This document shows, one piece after another, positions 31,250 through 43,639 of a stretch of DNA of 64,000 bases. Numbering within the stretch: the stretch's first letter is position 1; every line of letters starts with the position of its first letter. Source of the stretch: Nitrospirota bacterium (GTDB lineage Bacteria; Nitrospirota; UBA9217); assembly GCA_963749655.1 (NCBI GenBank), contig CAVVOB010000026.1:1-64000 (forward strand), written 5' to 3'. The notes beneath the pieces were generated by a model. The model ran no database searches, was not told the DNA's origin, and saw only the letters and a program-made list of their open reading frames with translations. The translations under genes were made by a program, and so were the position numbers.

Positions 31250-32420
31250 CGCTATCTCGGCATATCCGGTTACGGAGGTTTTCGGCAAGTTGTCCTCCGA
31301 TGCAGTCGGAGGAGGCAGGGCATCCTTCGCATTGCCATCGACCTCTCGGAAGCAGTTCGAGGACCATATCCGGGCGGCCCGATCAAAGGGCATCGGCTTC
31401 AATTATCTTCTGAATCCCGCCTGCATGGACAACCGCGAGTTTACCAGACAGGGGCAGCGGGAGATCGAGTCGCTCCTGGAGTACATCGAGGGAGCCGGGG
31501 TGAGCGCTGTGACGGTATCGCTCCCCTTTCTTTTGCCGATCATAAAAAAGCGCCATCCGCGGCTTAAGGTCAGGGTGGGCGTCTACGCCCGGGTCGACGG
31601 CGTCTCGAAGGCGCGGTTCTGGGAGGACGGCGGCGCGGACTGTATAACCCTTGAATCGCTGAGCGTGAACCGGGATTTCAGGCTGCTTGCGGCCCTGCGG
31701 AAGGCACTCAAGATAGAACTACAACTTATCGTGAACGCAAACTGTCGGCTTTTCTGTCCGCTCTCAGGCCAGCACATGGTGAATCTTTCCCATGCTTCGC
31801 AGAAAGGACATCCGACGAGGGGATTCATGATCGACTGGTGTGTAATGAAGTGTTCTTTCGATAAGCTGAAAGACCCGGCGCAGTACCTTCGCTCGGAATT
31901 CATCAGGCCGGAGGACCTGGGCCTTTACCGGGACCTCGGCTACGACTCTTTCAAGGTATTGGAAAGGGGAGCACCCACGCCGGTCCTGGCCAGAAGGGTA
32001 AAGGCCTACTCCGAGGGCCGGTTCGACGGGAATCTTCTTGATCTCATACAGCCCTTCGGGTACAAAGAAAAAAGCGGCGCGTCCCTGTTCGGAGGATTGT
32101 TCAACGTATGGAAGTACATGTTCAGGCCGCGTATGGCCCGGTTATCGAAGCTCCTGAAGCTCAAAGACCTCGCCAGCAGACGGGGGATGCTCGCACCCCT
32201 CGAGGGCGATCCTGTCTATATAGACAACAGCAAATTGAACGGCTTCATACCCGGCTTCAGGAACAAGGACTGCCGCTCTACCGACTGCGGCGCCTGCGGT
32301 TGGTGCGACGTCTATGCCAGGAAGGCGATCTCGATCGACGACGTATACCGTACCGAGCTTCTCAAGCTCTATGAAGATGCTTTTAGCGATATGTATTCCG
32401 GCGAGTTGTGGGGCATTTAG
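31197..32420 (+). CDS. U32-family Fe-S protein (putative O2-independent hydroxylase)
   Basis: GGGR, FNYLLNPAC, NANCRLFC..WCVMKC, FIRPEDL, FKVLER; C-terminal CRSTDCGACGWC. Confidence 0.85.
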   Translation: MKKFVLSVATNFDNGLLDAISAYPVTEVFGKLSSDAVGGGRASFALPSTSRKQFEDHIRAARSKGIGFNYLLNPACMDNREFTRQGQREIESLLEYIEGAGVSAVTVSLPFLLPIIKKRHPRLKVRVGVYARVDGVSKARFWEDGGADCITLESLSVNRDFRLLAALRKALKIELQLIVNANCRLFCPLSGQHMVNLSHASQKGHPTRGFMIDWCVMKCSFDKLKDPAQYLRSEFIRPEDLGLYRDLGYDSFKVLERGAPTPVLARRVKAYSEGRFDGNLLDLIQPFGYKEKSGASLFGGLFNVWKYMFRPRMARLSKLLKLKDLASRRGMLAPLEGDPVYIDNSKLNGFIPGFRNKDCRSTDCGACGWCDVYARKAISIDDVYRTELLKLYEDAFSDMYSGELWGI

Positions 32421-32466
32421 AAAATCATAAACATTTTTTCTAACTCTCGTATGGGGGGGGGGACAG

Positions 32467-32739
32467 GTGGATACCTTAGAAAGAGTCAGAAGTCTTTTTC
32501 AGAAGAATTACGATTTCCCCGTGGAGCGGCTGCAACCGGAAGCGAACATCGAGAGCATAGGCCTCGACTCTTTGGATAAGATCGAATTCCTGTTCGATCT
32601 TGAAAAGGAATTCAACGTCAAGATCCCGATCGCGAAGTTACGCTTACCACCATCCAGGATATTATCAGCGTCATTGAGAGGTTGGTTTATGAACAAAACG
32701 GACAGCGTGGCCGCCGTGATGGCCAGGATTGATAAATGA
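32467..32739 (+). CDS. Acyl carrier protein (probable frameshift near 32630)
   Basis: GLDSLD phosphopantetheine site, LEKEFNVKIP. Confidence 0.85.
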   Translation: MDTLERVRSLFQKNYDFPVERLQPEANIESIGLDSLDKIEFLFDLEKEFNVKIPIAKLRLPPSRILSASLRGWFMNKTDSVAAVMARIDK

Positions 32740-33986
32740 GACGGGTGGCTATAACAGGGATGGGCATTATTTCCCCATTGGGCAATTCGTGCGAAGTATT
32801 TTTTAACGGTCTCGCTGCGGGAAAATCAGCCATCAAGCGAATCACCTCGGATTTCGCCGAACGTTTGTCAGTGAAAATAGCCGCAGAGGCGAATTTTGTC
32901 TCAGAGGAACATTTCCCGAAAAAGATTGCCCGTTCACTTGACCGCGTGAGCCAGTTTGCGCTGGTCGCAGCTTCCCAGGCGTGGAAGGACTCCGGGATCG
33001 AACTGTCCGGGGAAGACAAACGACGGGCCGGCGTCTATCTCGGAACGGGCATGGGAGGAGCGAAGACCCTCGAAGACTCTTATGCGCAGCTTTTCGAACA
33101 AAAGGTAAAGCGGCTCCATCCGCTTACCGTCGTCATGGTGATGAATAACGCCGCTGCTTCCGCCATCTCCATTGAATACGGGCTGAAGGGCCCCTGTCTG
33201 ACGTTTTCCACAGCCTGTTCTTCTTCCGCAGTCGCCATCGGCGAGGCCTTCCGGCTGATCAAGCACGGCTACGCCGATGTCATGCTTGCCGGCGGCACGG
33301 AATCGCTCCTTACCTGCGGCATTATGATGAGTTGGGAATCGATCGGGACCCTGGCTCTGGAAGCAGAAGTTCCGTCGACTTCCTGCAGACCCTTTGCCAG
33401 GGACCGAACCGGTTTCGTCCTGGGTGAGGGAGCCGCAATTCTAATCCTGGAATCGTGGGACCGTGCGATAGAGCGGGGCGCCGGGATCTACGGCGAGATT
33501 GTCGGTTACGGCTCAACGGCCGACGGAGAGCATATCACAAAACCCTCCGTGGAAGGCCAGGCCCTTGCCATTCAAGCCGCCTTGGATGAAGCCGGGATGG
33601 GACCGGACGACATCGATTATATCAATGCTCACGGTACGGCCACGTTGGCCAATGATGCTGCTGAGACACAGGCAATAAAGGATGTGTTCGGCCAAAAGGC
33701 CTACAAAATTCCCGTCAGCTCCACGAAGTCCATGCACGGACATCTCCTGGGCGCAGCCGGAGCCGTGGAGCTTGTTGCCGCGGTTCTCGCGATGAGGAAC
33801 CGGACAATACCGCCCACAGCGACATTGACTGTGCCTGATCCGGAGTGCGATCTCGACTACGTACCCCGGAAGGCCAAAACAGGAATGGATTTGAGGGCGG
33901 TCATGTCAAATTCCTTTGCCTTCGGCGGGACAAATTCCGTTTTGATCGTGCGGAAGCATGAGCCAGGGAAAGATCAAGGTGCATGA
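32736..33986 (+). CDS. fabF: Beta-ketoacyl-ACP synthase II
   Basis: Cys-His-His triad TACSSS, NAHGT, HGHLLG; SNSFAFGG. Confidence 0.9.
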   Translation: MRRVAITGMGIISPLGNSCEVFFNGLAAGKSAIKRITSDFAERLSVKIAAEANFVSEEHFPKKIARSLDRVSQFALVAASQAWKDSGIELSGEDKRRAGVYLGTGMGGAKTLEDSYAQLFEQKVKRLHPLTVVMVMNNAAASAISIEYGLKGPCLTFSTACSSSAVAIGEAFRLIKHGYADVMLAGGTESLLTCGIMMSWESIGTLALEAEVPSTSCRPFARDRTGFVLGEGAAILILESWDRAIERGAGIYGEIVGYGSTADGEHITKPSVEGQALAIQAALDEAGMGPDDIDYINAHGTATLANDAAETQAIKDVFGQKAYKIPVSSTKSMHGHLLGAAGAVELVAAVLAMRNRTIPPTATLTVPDPECDLDYVPRKAKTGMDLRAVMSNSFAFGGTNSVLIVRKHEPGKDQGA

Positions 33987-34039
33987 CGAATGGCTGTGTG
34001 CCGGCCTATTTTTCCTGAATGCTAGAGGAAGGAGATTGT

Positions 34040-35114
34040 ATGAATGATGAGCAGACGACAGGGCCGGGGACGCATATTGGTTCCGTTGCAACCGCGACGC
34101 CTCCCTGCTCCCTCGACCAGGCAACGCTCGGACGGCTTGCGCGCAAGCATTACGAAAAAAGGTTGAGTTCCCGAAGCATGTCCGTCATCCACGCGCTTTT
34201 CTCCCATCCGAGCATCAAGCGGCGGAACTTCGCCATCGACGATGTGGAGAATCTTGTCGATGAGGACCTCGATGCGCGCGTCACCCGTTTTACCCACTGG
34301 TCCCGGGAACTTTCCGCCGAGGCGATCGATAAGGCGCTGGCACAGGCCGGCCTGGGCAGGGGCGACGTGGCCGGATTGGTCGTAAATACCTGCACGGGAT
34401 ATATATGTCCCGGCATTTCAACCTACCTCATAGAGAAGCTGGGCCTCTCGCGCAGTGTGCGCGTGTACGACTTGGTCGGGAGCGGGTGCGGTGGAGCGAT
34501 TCCGAACCTCGAGAATCTCAGCGTCGCTCGTGAAACAGCAGAGCGAAGGTGTCATCGTGAGCGTGTCCGTGGAAATCTGCACGGCGACCTTTCAAATGGA
34601 AGACGATCTCAGCCTTCTTCTTTCGAACACGCTCTTCGGAGACGGCGCAGCAGCAGCCGTGCTGTGGGCCAGACCGCAGGGATACGAGCTTGTCGCCTCG
34701 GCAAGGCGGTATGTTCCGGAGCAGCGCGAGTCGATCCGCTACATCCACAAAAAGGGTCAGCTCTTTAATCAGCTTTCAATCAGGCTGCCGGACATGGTCC
34801 GAAAGGCGGCTGCACAGGTCGTCGCCGATGTGCTGGCGCCCCGATCGCTCAAAGCAGGAGACATCAAACACTGGGCGCTCCACAGCGGCGGTGAAAAAAT
34901 TATCAATGCCGTCCGGGACGAGATCGGGCTGTCGGAGGAGCAGGTCCATGCGACGCGCTCGGTGCTCTCCGAATACGGGAATATGTCGTCGCCCACGGTC
35001 TGGTTCGTGCTGCGGGAAATCGAGAAACGGGGAGTAGCACCGGGAGAGTGGTGCATCATGGTCGCCTTTGGCGCGGGGCTTTCTGCCCATGCATACCTGC
35101 TCCGGAAAAGATGA
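34040..35114 (+). CDS. Type III polyketide synthase (frameshift ~34515)
   Basis: NTCTG, GSGCGG (Cys), VEICT, LFGDGAAA, HSGG (His), GNMSS (Asn), AFGAG. Confidence 0.92.
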
Positions 35115-35134
35115 AGGACAACGGGGGGAGATAC

Positions 35135-35599
35135 ATGAAGATGATGAGGGAAATCATTGGAATTTTTCTGCTCTTTATCCTGTTCGCTGCAGCTGCCTCC
35201 CATGCAGCCCAGGGCGACGATATTTTGGGAGTGTGGAACAACGAGGAAAAAGACGGCAAAATAGAAATTTTCAATTCCAGCGGAAAATACTGCGGGAAGA
35301 TCGTCTGGGCCAAGGAACCGAACTATCCGGCTGGATCATCAGAGGGGATTCCAGGCACACCAAGGCTTGATAACCACAACCCGGACGCCGCGAAGAGGTC
35401 CAGGCCCATTCTTGGCCTTCAGATTGTGAACGATTTCATCTTTGCCGGCGAGGACGAGTGGAAAGGCGGGACAGTGTACGACCCGAAGAGCGGCAATACG
35501 TACCGCGGCAAACTGACGCTTGTTTCGCCCAATGAACTCGACCTGAGAGGCTTCATCGGCATCCCGCTTTTCGGCAGAACCACTATCTGGACAAGGTAA
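35135..35599 (+). CDS. DUF2147-family secreted protein
   Basis: Signal peptide, DNHNPD, YDPKSGNTY, RGFIG..GRTTIWTR. Confidence 0.85.
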   Translation: MKMMREIIGIFLLFILFAAAASHAAQGDDILGVWNNEEKDGKIEIFNSSGKYCGKIVWAKEPNYPAGSSEGIPGTPRLDNHNPDAAKRSRPILGLQIVNDFIFAGEDEWKGGTVYDPKSGNTYRGKLTLVSPNELDLRGFIGIPLFGRTTIWTR

Positions 35600-35673
35600 G
35601 GACAACTCAACAAAGATGCATCTGGAGTCATAACTCTTGACTTTCTGACTGTAATAAGATAAAAGAGAAACAT

Positions 35674-35810
35674 CCCGAGGGGGAGTAGCTCCGTTGTACA
35701 GGGTCAACATACTGGCTGCCACAGCCTGGCCCTGCAGTTGGCTTAAACCAATGAGCGAGACCTTCGGCGTTGCGGTGTAGTGCCGCGCGCCGGAAGTCTC
35801 GCTTTTTTAT
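35674..35810 (+). ncRNA. yybP-ykoY (Mn2+) riboswitch with terminator expression platform
   Basis: GGGGAGTAGC..GTCAACATAC..GCGAGACCTT; competing hairpin AGCGAGAC..GTCTCGCT-TTTTT; upstream of a TMEM165 gene. Confidence 0.88.
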
Positions 35811-35833
35811 TGCACAAAAGGAGATAGGAAAAA

Positions 35834-36499
35834 ATGACTGCTTTTCTCACCTCGTTGATGTTCGTCGTTCTGGCGGAAATGGGCGACAAGACGCAGCTGC
35901 TGGCGATGGCCTTTGCCACCCGATTCAAGGCCTCGACGGTCCTGTGGGGCGTGTTCGTCGCTACGGCTGCAAATCATCTGTTTGCGGTGGAAGTGGGAAC
36001 CTGGCTGACGAATTTCATTCCGCTTAATTATATTCAGATCGCCGCCGCTGCTTCATTCATTCTTTTCGGTTTATGGACGATCCGCGGCGATGAACTGAAG
36101 GATGAAGATAAACGATTTAGTTTCAGTCCTTTCTGGACGGTCGCCATTGCATTTTTTATTGCCGAGATGGGCGATAAAACCCAACTGGCCACGGTAGCTC
36201 TTGCGGCGAAATACCAGACAGTGCTGCCTGTTTGGGCCGGCACGACGACCGGGATGATGATAGCGGATGCATTCGGTATCGGCGTGGGGATCATGCTTGG
36301 GAAGAAAATACCGGAGAGGTTCATCAAATGGGGCGCAGCTGCAATCTTTATCCTTTTTGGGATTTACGGGTTGTACGAAAACCTGCCCGCAGGGCTGTTA
36401 ACACCGATGATGGAAATTGCCGCAGCTATCCTTGTAGGTGCGGCGGCATTAGTAGTCGGTCTCAGTTCCAGACCAAGTGCAGATGAAGCCAAGGATTGA
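35834..36499 (+). CDS. TMEM165/GDT1 (UPF0016) Mn/Ca exporter
   Basis: Two EMGDKTQ motifs. Confidence 0.95.
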   Translation: MTAFLTSLMFVVLAEMGDKTQLLAMAFATRFKASTVLWGVFVATAANHLFAVEVGTWLTNFIPLNYIQIAAAASFILFGLWTIRGDELKDEDKRFSFSPFWTVAIAFFIAEMGDKTQLATVALAAKYQTVLPVWAGTTTGMMIADAFGIGVGIMLGKKIPERFIKWGAAAIFILFGIYGLYENLPAGLLTPMMEIAAAILVGAAALVVGLSSRPSADEAKD

Positions 36500-36841
36500 G
36501 TTCAAGTCAAGTCGCGCGCTCCGCGAGGACTTCGGAATCCGGAAGTGCTCGCTCGACAATAGAAACAGATCCACAACCGGTCGGAAACTGCCGAAAAATG
36601 CAGCATCAGAAACGTAAATGAAAGATTCCTTCAGAGGGCCGTGTATCTCAGCGGCCCTCATTTTTTAATTGACCAAAGACCGCCGTGTCCCCTCAGGTTA
36701 CCGGGCAGACGGACGCGTAAAGCGGGTTTTTACAACAAAATATACCGTCTTCTATTCTCGAAAATCACCTGCAAAATGTTGAGGGAAAGCTGTTTACAAT
36801 ATGCTTCGAAGTATGTAAAATCTCTAACAGGCCAGGTATGG

Positions 36842-37972
36842 ATGAGGTTTTTTTGCGTGCAAAAAGACGGTCAAAAAATAATTCTCTTTTCCCTATGTGG
36901 GGGAGTGCTGACGTGGATGATCGACGCCTGTATCGACTCCCTCGTGTTCGAAAAGGGAAGTTTTTGGAACGCCTTGACGAGCGAAGACATTCACGAGCAG
37001 TACATGCGTTCGCTGTTCGCAGTGAATTTTGTTTTTTTCGGCGTACTGATCTCCCGTTTTGTCGCAAGGCGCAGAAAGTCGGACCATGCCAGGCTCGCTG
37101 CTGAGCAGGCGTTGCTTGAAAGCGAAGAGAAGCTTCAATCCGTTATGGAGTCCATAGCGGATTCGATCTATCTGATCGATTCGGAATACCGGTATCTGTA
37201 CATGAACAAAAAACATATCGAGAGGCTCGGGCTAACCGGAGTGGGCTATGTCGGGCGGGCGTACCGCGATCTTCATTCGTTCGAGGAATCGGAAGAGCTC
37301 ATCGAGAACGTGGACAGGGTATTCGAAACAGGGGAAACCATCAGCAAGGAGCATTTTAGCCGAAGAGACAACAGGTATTTCCTCCGTACGTTCAGCCCGG
37401 TAAAGATTGCCGGAGAACGAATCGTCGCGGTAACTGTCGTGTCGAAGGACGTGAACGATCTTAAGCAGATGGAAGAGAAACTGCGCACCCTGTCCCTTGC
37501 CGATGAACTCACAGGGCTTTACAACCGGCGGGGGTTCTTCACCATGGCAGAACCTCTCCTGAGGCTGGCATTTCGTAAGCAAAACTACGTATTTCTGCTC
37601 TATTGCGATCTCGATAAGTTAAAGGAGATCAACGACGAACTCGGCCATCACGAAGGTGACCGGGCAATAAGGGACGCGGCGATCGTCCTGAAAGAAACGT
37701 TTCGTGAAACCGACATCATTGCCCGAATCGGCGGCGACGAGTTTGTCGTCACTTCTCTCGCGGGGAAAAAGGAAGACGCGGACAGCGCTGCGGCTCGCTT
37801 TAAAGAGCATGTTCGTTATTATGACGAGCTGAATGGACGGCCTTATAAATTGTCGATCAGTGTCGGAATGTCATGGTCCAATCCGGAAAACGCCACCTCT
37901 ATGGATGACTTGCTGAAACAGGCCGAAAAGCTGATGTACGAAGAAAAAGTCCTCAAACAAAGGGTTGGTTAG
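36842..37972 (+). CDS. Membrane PAS-GGDEF diguanylate cyclase (start uncertain)
   Basis: Two TM segments, PAS, DELTGLYNRR, RETD I-site, GGDEF. Confidence 0.9.
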   Translation: MRFFCVQKDGQKIILFSLCGGVLTWMIDACIDSLVFEKGSFWNALTSEDIHEQYMRSLFAVNFVFFGVLISRFVARRRKSDHARLAAEQALLESEEKLQSVMESIADSIYLIDSEYRYLYMNKKHIERLGLTGVGYVGRAYRDLHSFEESEELIENVDRVFETGETISKEHFSRRDNRYFLRTFSPVKIAGERIVAVTVVSKDVNDLKQMEEKLRTLSLADELTGLYNRRGFFTMAEPLLRLAFRKQNYVFLLYCDLDKLKEINDELGHHEGDRAIRDAAIVLKETFRETDIIARIGGDEFVVTSLAGKKEDADSAAARFKEHVRYYDELNGRPYKLSISVGMSWSNPENATSMDDLLKQAEKLMYEEKVLKQRVG

Positions 37973-38438
37973 ACCCGCGTAGGATTATGAAGCCGAAGTA
38001 CTCCGTTATTGCTCCTTTTGCTAAAAAATCACTTCTCGATTTTTGGCAGGGTGCAATTTTCACGCAGTGCCCAATAGCACGGTGAAAATCCGTCGGTCAA
38101 CCAACATGACTCATCTCAAGGGAAGTCATTATCTCCACGCATTGACCGATGGTCTTAGCCACAGTACAATGTTCTTTATGGAATCCATGCACCCTTTCGG
38201 TTGTTTCCCTTCCGCCCGGTTGCCATATAACGTATGTTAAAAACTATTCCGGATAAGCCCCGACTGGTCGGGGCAGGCCGGCAGCGCCCCGCATTAATAT
38301 TTTTCACAAGGTGCGGGGAATGACTGCCCTTTGAAATTTCCGACTTTTTAAGACACTATCATATTTACATTCCTGCTCATTGCCTCAATCTGCGGCAAGC
38401 CCGACTGCAGTGCCGCAGCGCCACGGAGCATGTTCCTG

Positions 38439-39506
38439 CTACCAGTAGAGGATCCCGAAATAGAGCGCCATCACAAAAAATCCGAAGGGCACGCCGATCA
38501 CCGCCCAGGACCTGCTTGAGATTCCCAATTTGTTCGCGGCAATGATGTTCGGGATGTTCCCCGGAATGAGCATGCCGCCGGAAATGATGATGCCCATCAT
38601 GATGCCCTTCACCTGAGCAACAGTCATGCCCGGTCCGAGCTCCGCTGCGGCAAGCGTGGCATTATCGAGAATCGCGGACGTGATGTTGACCCAGTAGAGA
38701 ACCATCGCCGGCAGCCGGGAAATATGAAGATCGATCAGGGGTTTGAAACCCGTGCCGAGCAGAATGAGCGCCATGACGAAGATGTAGACTTTGAAAGCGC
38801 GCAGTGCGATCCGGCCAAAGGGCTCTGCATAGTCCTCGGTCAGACTATCCGAGCGCGACACCGCAGTCCCCCTGAAAAAACCGCCCGCAACAGAGATCAG
38901 GAACAACCCGGGAAGGATGTACTTTCCAAACAGGCGCAGGAGCATCAGAAAATCCCCGTCTATAACGCTGCCCCGAAGTTTTGCCACGGCAATCGTGGAC
39001 AAGGGTTCGCCGATCGGCGTCAGGGCCGCGCCCATGCCGATCGAGAAGCAGGCGAAGATGACGAGCCGGGTTTCATATTTTTTATCCAGATTGATCGCGC
39101 TCACGATTTCGCAGAGGATAAGGGCGGCAATGATGGCGGTTATCACGCTCGACAGCAGTCCGAGAATAAATATGAGCAGGAACGCAAAGGCCCTCGGGCC
39201 GAGGCGGAGCTCGATGACTGAGATCCTGCGTTTGAGCGGTTCCCGAACGGCCCTGAAGACAAGTCCGAAGACCAGCGTAGCGATGGTCAGCTTTACGGGC
39301 TCCAGGAGCGCCGCTTCTATGAGGTGAAAACTGATGAGCCGTTCCGGTCCGATCCAGTGGGAGAACAGGAGCGTAGTCCCGCCGATGGCGAGGAGGAACA
39401 GCTCCAGATTGTGCTCGACCTTCTTCACGGTGATCGGCAGAATCAGGATCAGAAGAAAAATTGCGCTGAGAACAACTGTAATCATAAACAGATCAACTCC
39501 GTCCAA
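38439..39506 (-). CDS. DUF1646-like membrane transporter
   Basis: SIGMGAALTPIGEPLSTI, SAILDNATL, GGMLIPGNIPNII. Confidence 0.85.
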   Translation of the reverse strand: MDGVDLFMITVVLSAIFLLILILPITVKKVEHNLELFLLAIGGTTLLFSHWIGPERLISFHLIEAALLEPVKLTIATLVFGLVFRAVREPLKRRISVIELRLGPRAFAFLLIFILGLLSSVITAIIAALILCEIVSAINLDKKYETRLVIFACFSIGMGAALTPIGEPLSTIAVAKLRGSVIDGDFLMLLRLFGKYILPGLFLISVAGGFFRGTAVSRSDSLTEDYAEPFGRIALRAFKVYIFVMALILLGTGFKPLIDLHISRLPAMVLYWVNITSAILDNATLAAAELGPGMTVAQVKGIMMGIIISGGMLIPGNIPNIIAANKLGISSRSWAVIGVPFGFFVMALYFGILYW

Positions 39507-39587
39507 ATTGAGGCCGGAAGGTCAATCCCTGCGCTCCTCACGGTACTATTCAGCATTATTTCGCTCAAGCAATGGTCACACGTCAGG

Positions 39588-39926
39588 CTACAGCGCCGCA
39601 GTCCCGCTCTCGTTCGTTCGTATCCTGATGACCTCAGTGATGTCATGGACGAATATCTTGCCGTCTCCGACGCCGCCGGTCACTGCGGCGTCGCGGATGG
39701 CTTTGACGATCGCGGCGGCGTCTTCGTCTTTTGCGACCACTTCCACCTTCGATCTGGCCAGAACGTTCTCCTTGAACGAGGCGCCGCGAACATGGTGGAC
39801 CCAGCCCTGCTGGCTGCCGCGCCCCTCGACCGTGGAGATGGTCACGCCGGGATGGCCCGCGCCGTTCAGGGCAGCGCAGACGTCGGGGACCTTGGCCGGA
39901 CGGATAATCGCTTCAATTCTTTTCAT
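39588..39926 (-). CDS. P-II family protein lacking the T-loop Tyr
   Basis: MKRIEAIIRP, GRGSQQG, RGASF, GDGKIFV, RIRT. Confidence 0.9.
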   Translation of the reverse strand: MKRIEAIIRPAKVPDVCAALNGAGHPGVTISTVEGRGSQQGWVHHVRGASFKENVLARSKVEVVAKDEDAAAIVKAIRDAAVTGGVGDGKIFVHDITEVIRIRTNESGTAAL

Positions 39927-39961
39927 CGTAAAACTCCTTTCAACGGATGCTGATCCCCTTA

Positions 39962-39997
39962 AATAAAGGGCCGGCATGCAATGGAACATGCCGGCCC
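39962..39997 (-). terminator. Hairpin/terminator between glnK and the second PII
   Basis: GGGCCGGCATG..CATGCCGGCCC then TTTATT on the minus strand. Confidence 0.6.
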
Positions 39998-40019
39998 CGG
40001 GAGGATAAACGGCGACCTC

Positions 40020-42011
<1,992 letters not shown>

Positions 42012-42041
42012 CGTAATTCTCCTTTAATGATTTTCTACCAT

Positions 42042-43166
42042 CTATACATCGCGCCCAGCGCGATCGTGTCCTGGGACTTCTTCGTGTCGTTGTCGAAGGA
42101 CTGACTTGTCCGACGAGTCGTGCCGGTACTCGGGCCGCAGGATCAGGCCGCCGGCGAGCCGGAACTCCGGGGTCACGGTGACTTCGGTCAGCTTCTGCGC
42201 CGTGCCGGTCCGCACGCCGTCCTTGTCGTCGAACGTTTCGCCTCTGACCGCGAGGCTGTAGGTTTCCGTGAAATCGTACTTCACGATGCCTGTTGCACCT
42301 GACCAGGTTGCAGCGCCGTTGGAAAGCGATGAGCGCTCCTCCTGCCCATAGTCATAATTCAGGATGAATGAAAGCGGCTTGACCGGTTTGATGGTTGCGA
42401 CCAGATCGAGAAGGGACCGGTTGTCATGATTGTTGTCGGTCTTCTCCGGCCCGATCATGTAATTGATGTATCCCGAAATTTTTTCGCTCGGCGTCAGGGC
42501 GATGCTCGCGCCGAAGGTCTTGCCCGTGTTGTTGTCCGAGCTGTTGTCCCAGCCGTCCACGATATGGAAGCTCGCGCTCACGGCATCGGTGAATGTGTAG
42601 CTCGCCTTCACCCCGGTATGGGTGAAGGGAATAGCGTAGTTGAACAGGAACGACCGCGAATAGTTCGGGTTGTCGATCGCCTCGATCACCTCCGCGCCGT
42701 GGTAGGTTACCATCTTTCCTGCATCGAACCTGATGCCTTTGCCGATCGGAGCAAGATAGCTCACATATGCTTCGGTGATGTCGAACGGATCGTCTCCGGC
42801 GCTTGAAGTCAGACCCGTTGAATGAATATACTTTGCCGTCTCCCCCGCCGAGATCTTGACCTTGAAGCCGAGGCTGGTTGCCGTCGGGTCCTTTGCAAAG
42901 GTCAGCTCCATAAGATCGAGCATGAAGCTGTCGGCCTTCTTGTCGAATACCCGCAGATCGTTCACATCGCCTGCGCCGGCATTCCCGTTATACGTATAGC
43001 CGCCCTGGAGATAGATGCTCATACCGAGCGCCTTTTTCAGATCATCGGGGCTGAGACCTGCAGGCTTTGCGTCTTCCGCGTATGCGGATGATGCACATAC
43101 CGCTGCCGCGACGCCGATGATCGCCAAACAGAAATTCAAAATCCTGTGATTCCGTACCTTGTTCAT
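42042..43166 (-). CDS. Outer-membrane beta-barrel porin (OmpL-like); probable frameshift near 3' end
   Basis: Signal peptide, GAEVIEAIDNPNYSRS..PFTHTG, RPEYRHD. Confidence 0.85.
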   Translation of the reverse strand: MNKVRNHRILNFCLAIIGVAAAVCASSAYAEDAKPAGLSPDDLKKALGMSIYLQGGYTYNGNAGAGDVNDLRVFDKKADSFMLDLMELTFAKDPTATSLGFKVKISAGETAKYIHSTGLTSSAGDDPFDITEAYVSYLAPIGKGIRFDAGKMVTYHGAEVIEAIDNPNYSRSFLFNYAIPFTHTGVKASYTFTDAVSASFHIVDGWDNSSDNNTGKTFGASIALTPSEKISGYINYMIGPEKTDNNHDNRSLLDLVATIKPVKPLSFILNYDYGQEERSSLSNGAATWSGATGIVKYDFTETYSLAVRGETFDDKDGVRTGTAQKLTEVTVTPEFRLAGGLILRPEYRHDSSDKSVLRQRHEEVPGHDRAGRDV

Positions 43167-43246
43167 ACATTCCCCTCCTTGGATTGAGTCCGATCGGACT
43201 GGTATTTGCTAGTGATTCCATGTCATCTGCTTCTAACAGGGAATAT

Positions 43247-43262
43247 AGCAAGGCATGTGCCA
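43247..43262 (-). promoter_or_regulatory. sigma54 promoter of the porin-amtB-glnK operon
   Basis: TGGCAC-ATGCC-TTGCT, consensus match. Confidence 0.9.
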
Positions 43263-43445
43263 AGTCCGAAAACGGGGGGCCATTGCGATAAAGTGCTGAA
43301 TTAACAATATTACCGCAACTAAGGCAGGGTTGACATTGCATTCATCGCATTGAAAGGCAAGATAGGCTTTTAGGCACTTGCTTAAAAAAGAGCCAGTCCG
43401 CCTGCCGCAATACGTTCACGATTGTTGATATCGTTCCTGTTTAGG

Positions 43446-43639
43446 AATCCCGCGCCTTGGCATCCCCCGGCTCCGGCCGGGGGTGGAAAGCGCTCACTCG
43501 CGCGTGACACGAACGTGTCACGCATGCGCGAATTCGCAGTTCCACCTGGCACTCCGTGCATCCGCACTCGTAAACGCCGGGTGCAGGCGGGAGGTCGCGT
43601 TGTTCGAGGGAGCCTCCGGCTCCTGCCGGGGGCTCCACT
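43446..43639 (+). repeat. Structured dispersed repeat, copy 2 (45-bp internal insertion)
   Basis: Same ends as copy 1; extra segment 43544-43588. Confidence 0.95.

Noticed and set aside
35674-36499. Riboswitch + TMEM165 as a novel system
   Set aside because: yybP-ykoY control of UPF0016 Mn exporters is established; listed as features only
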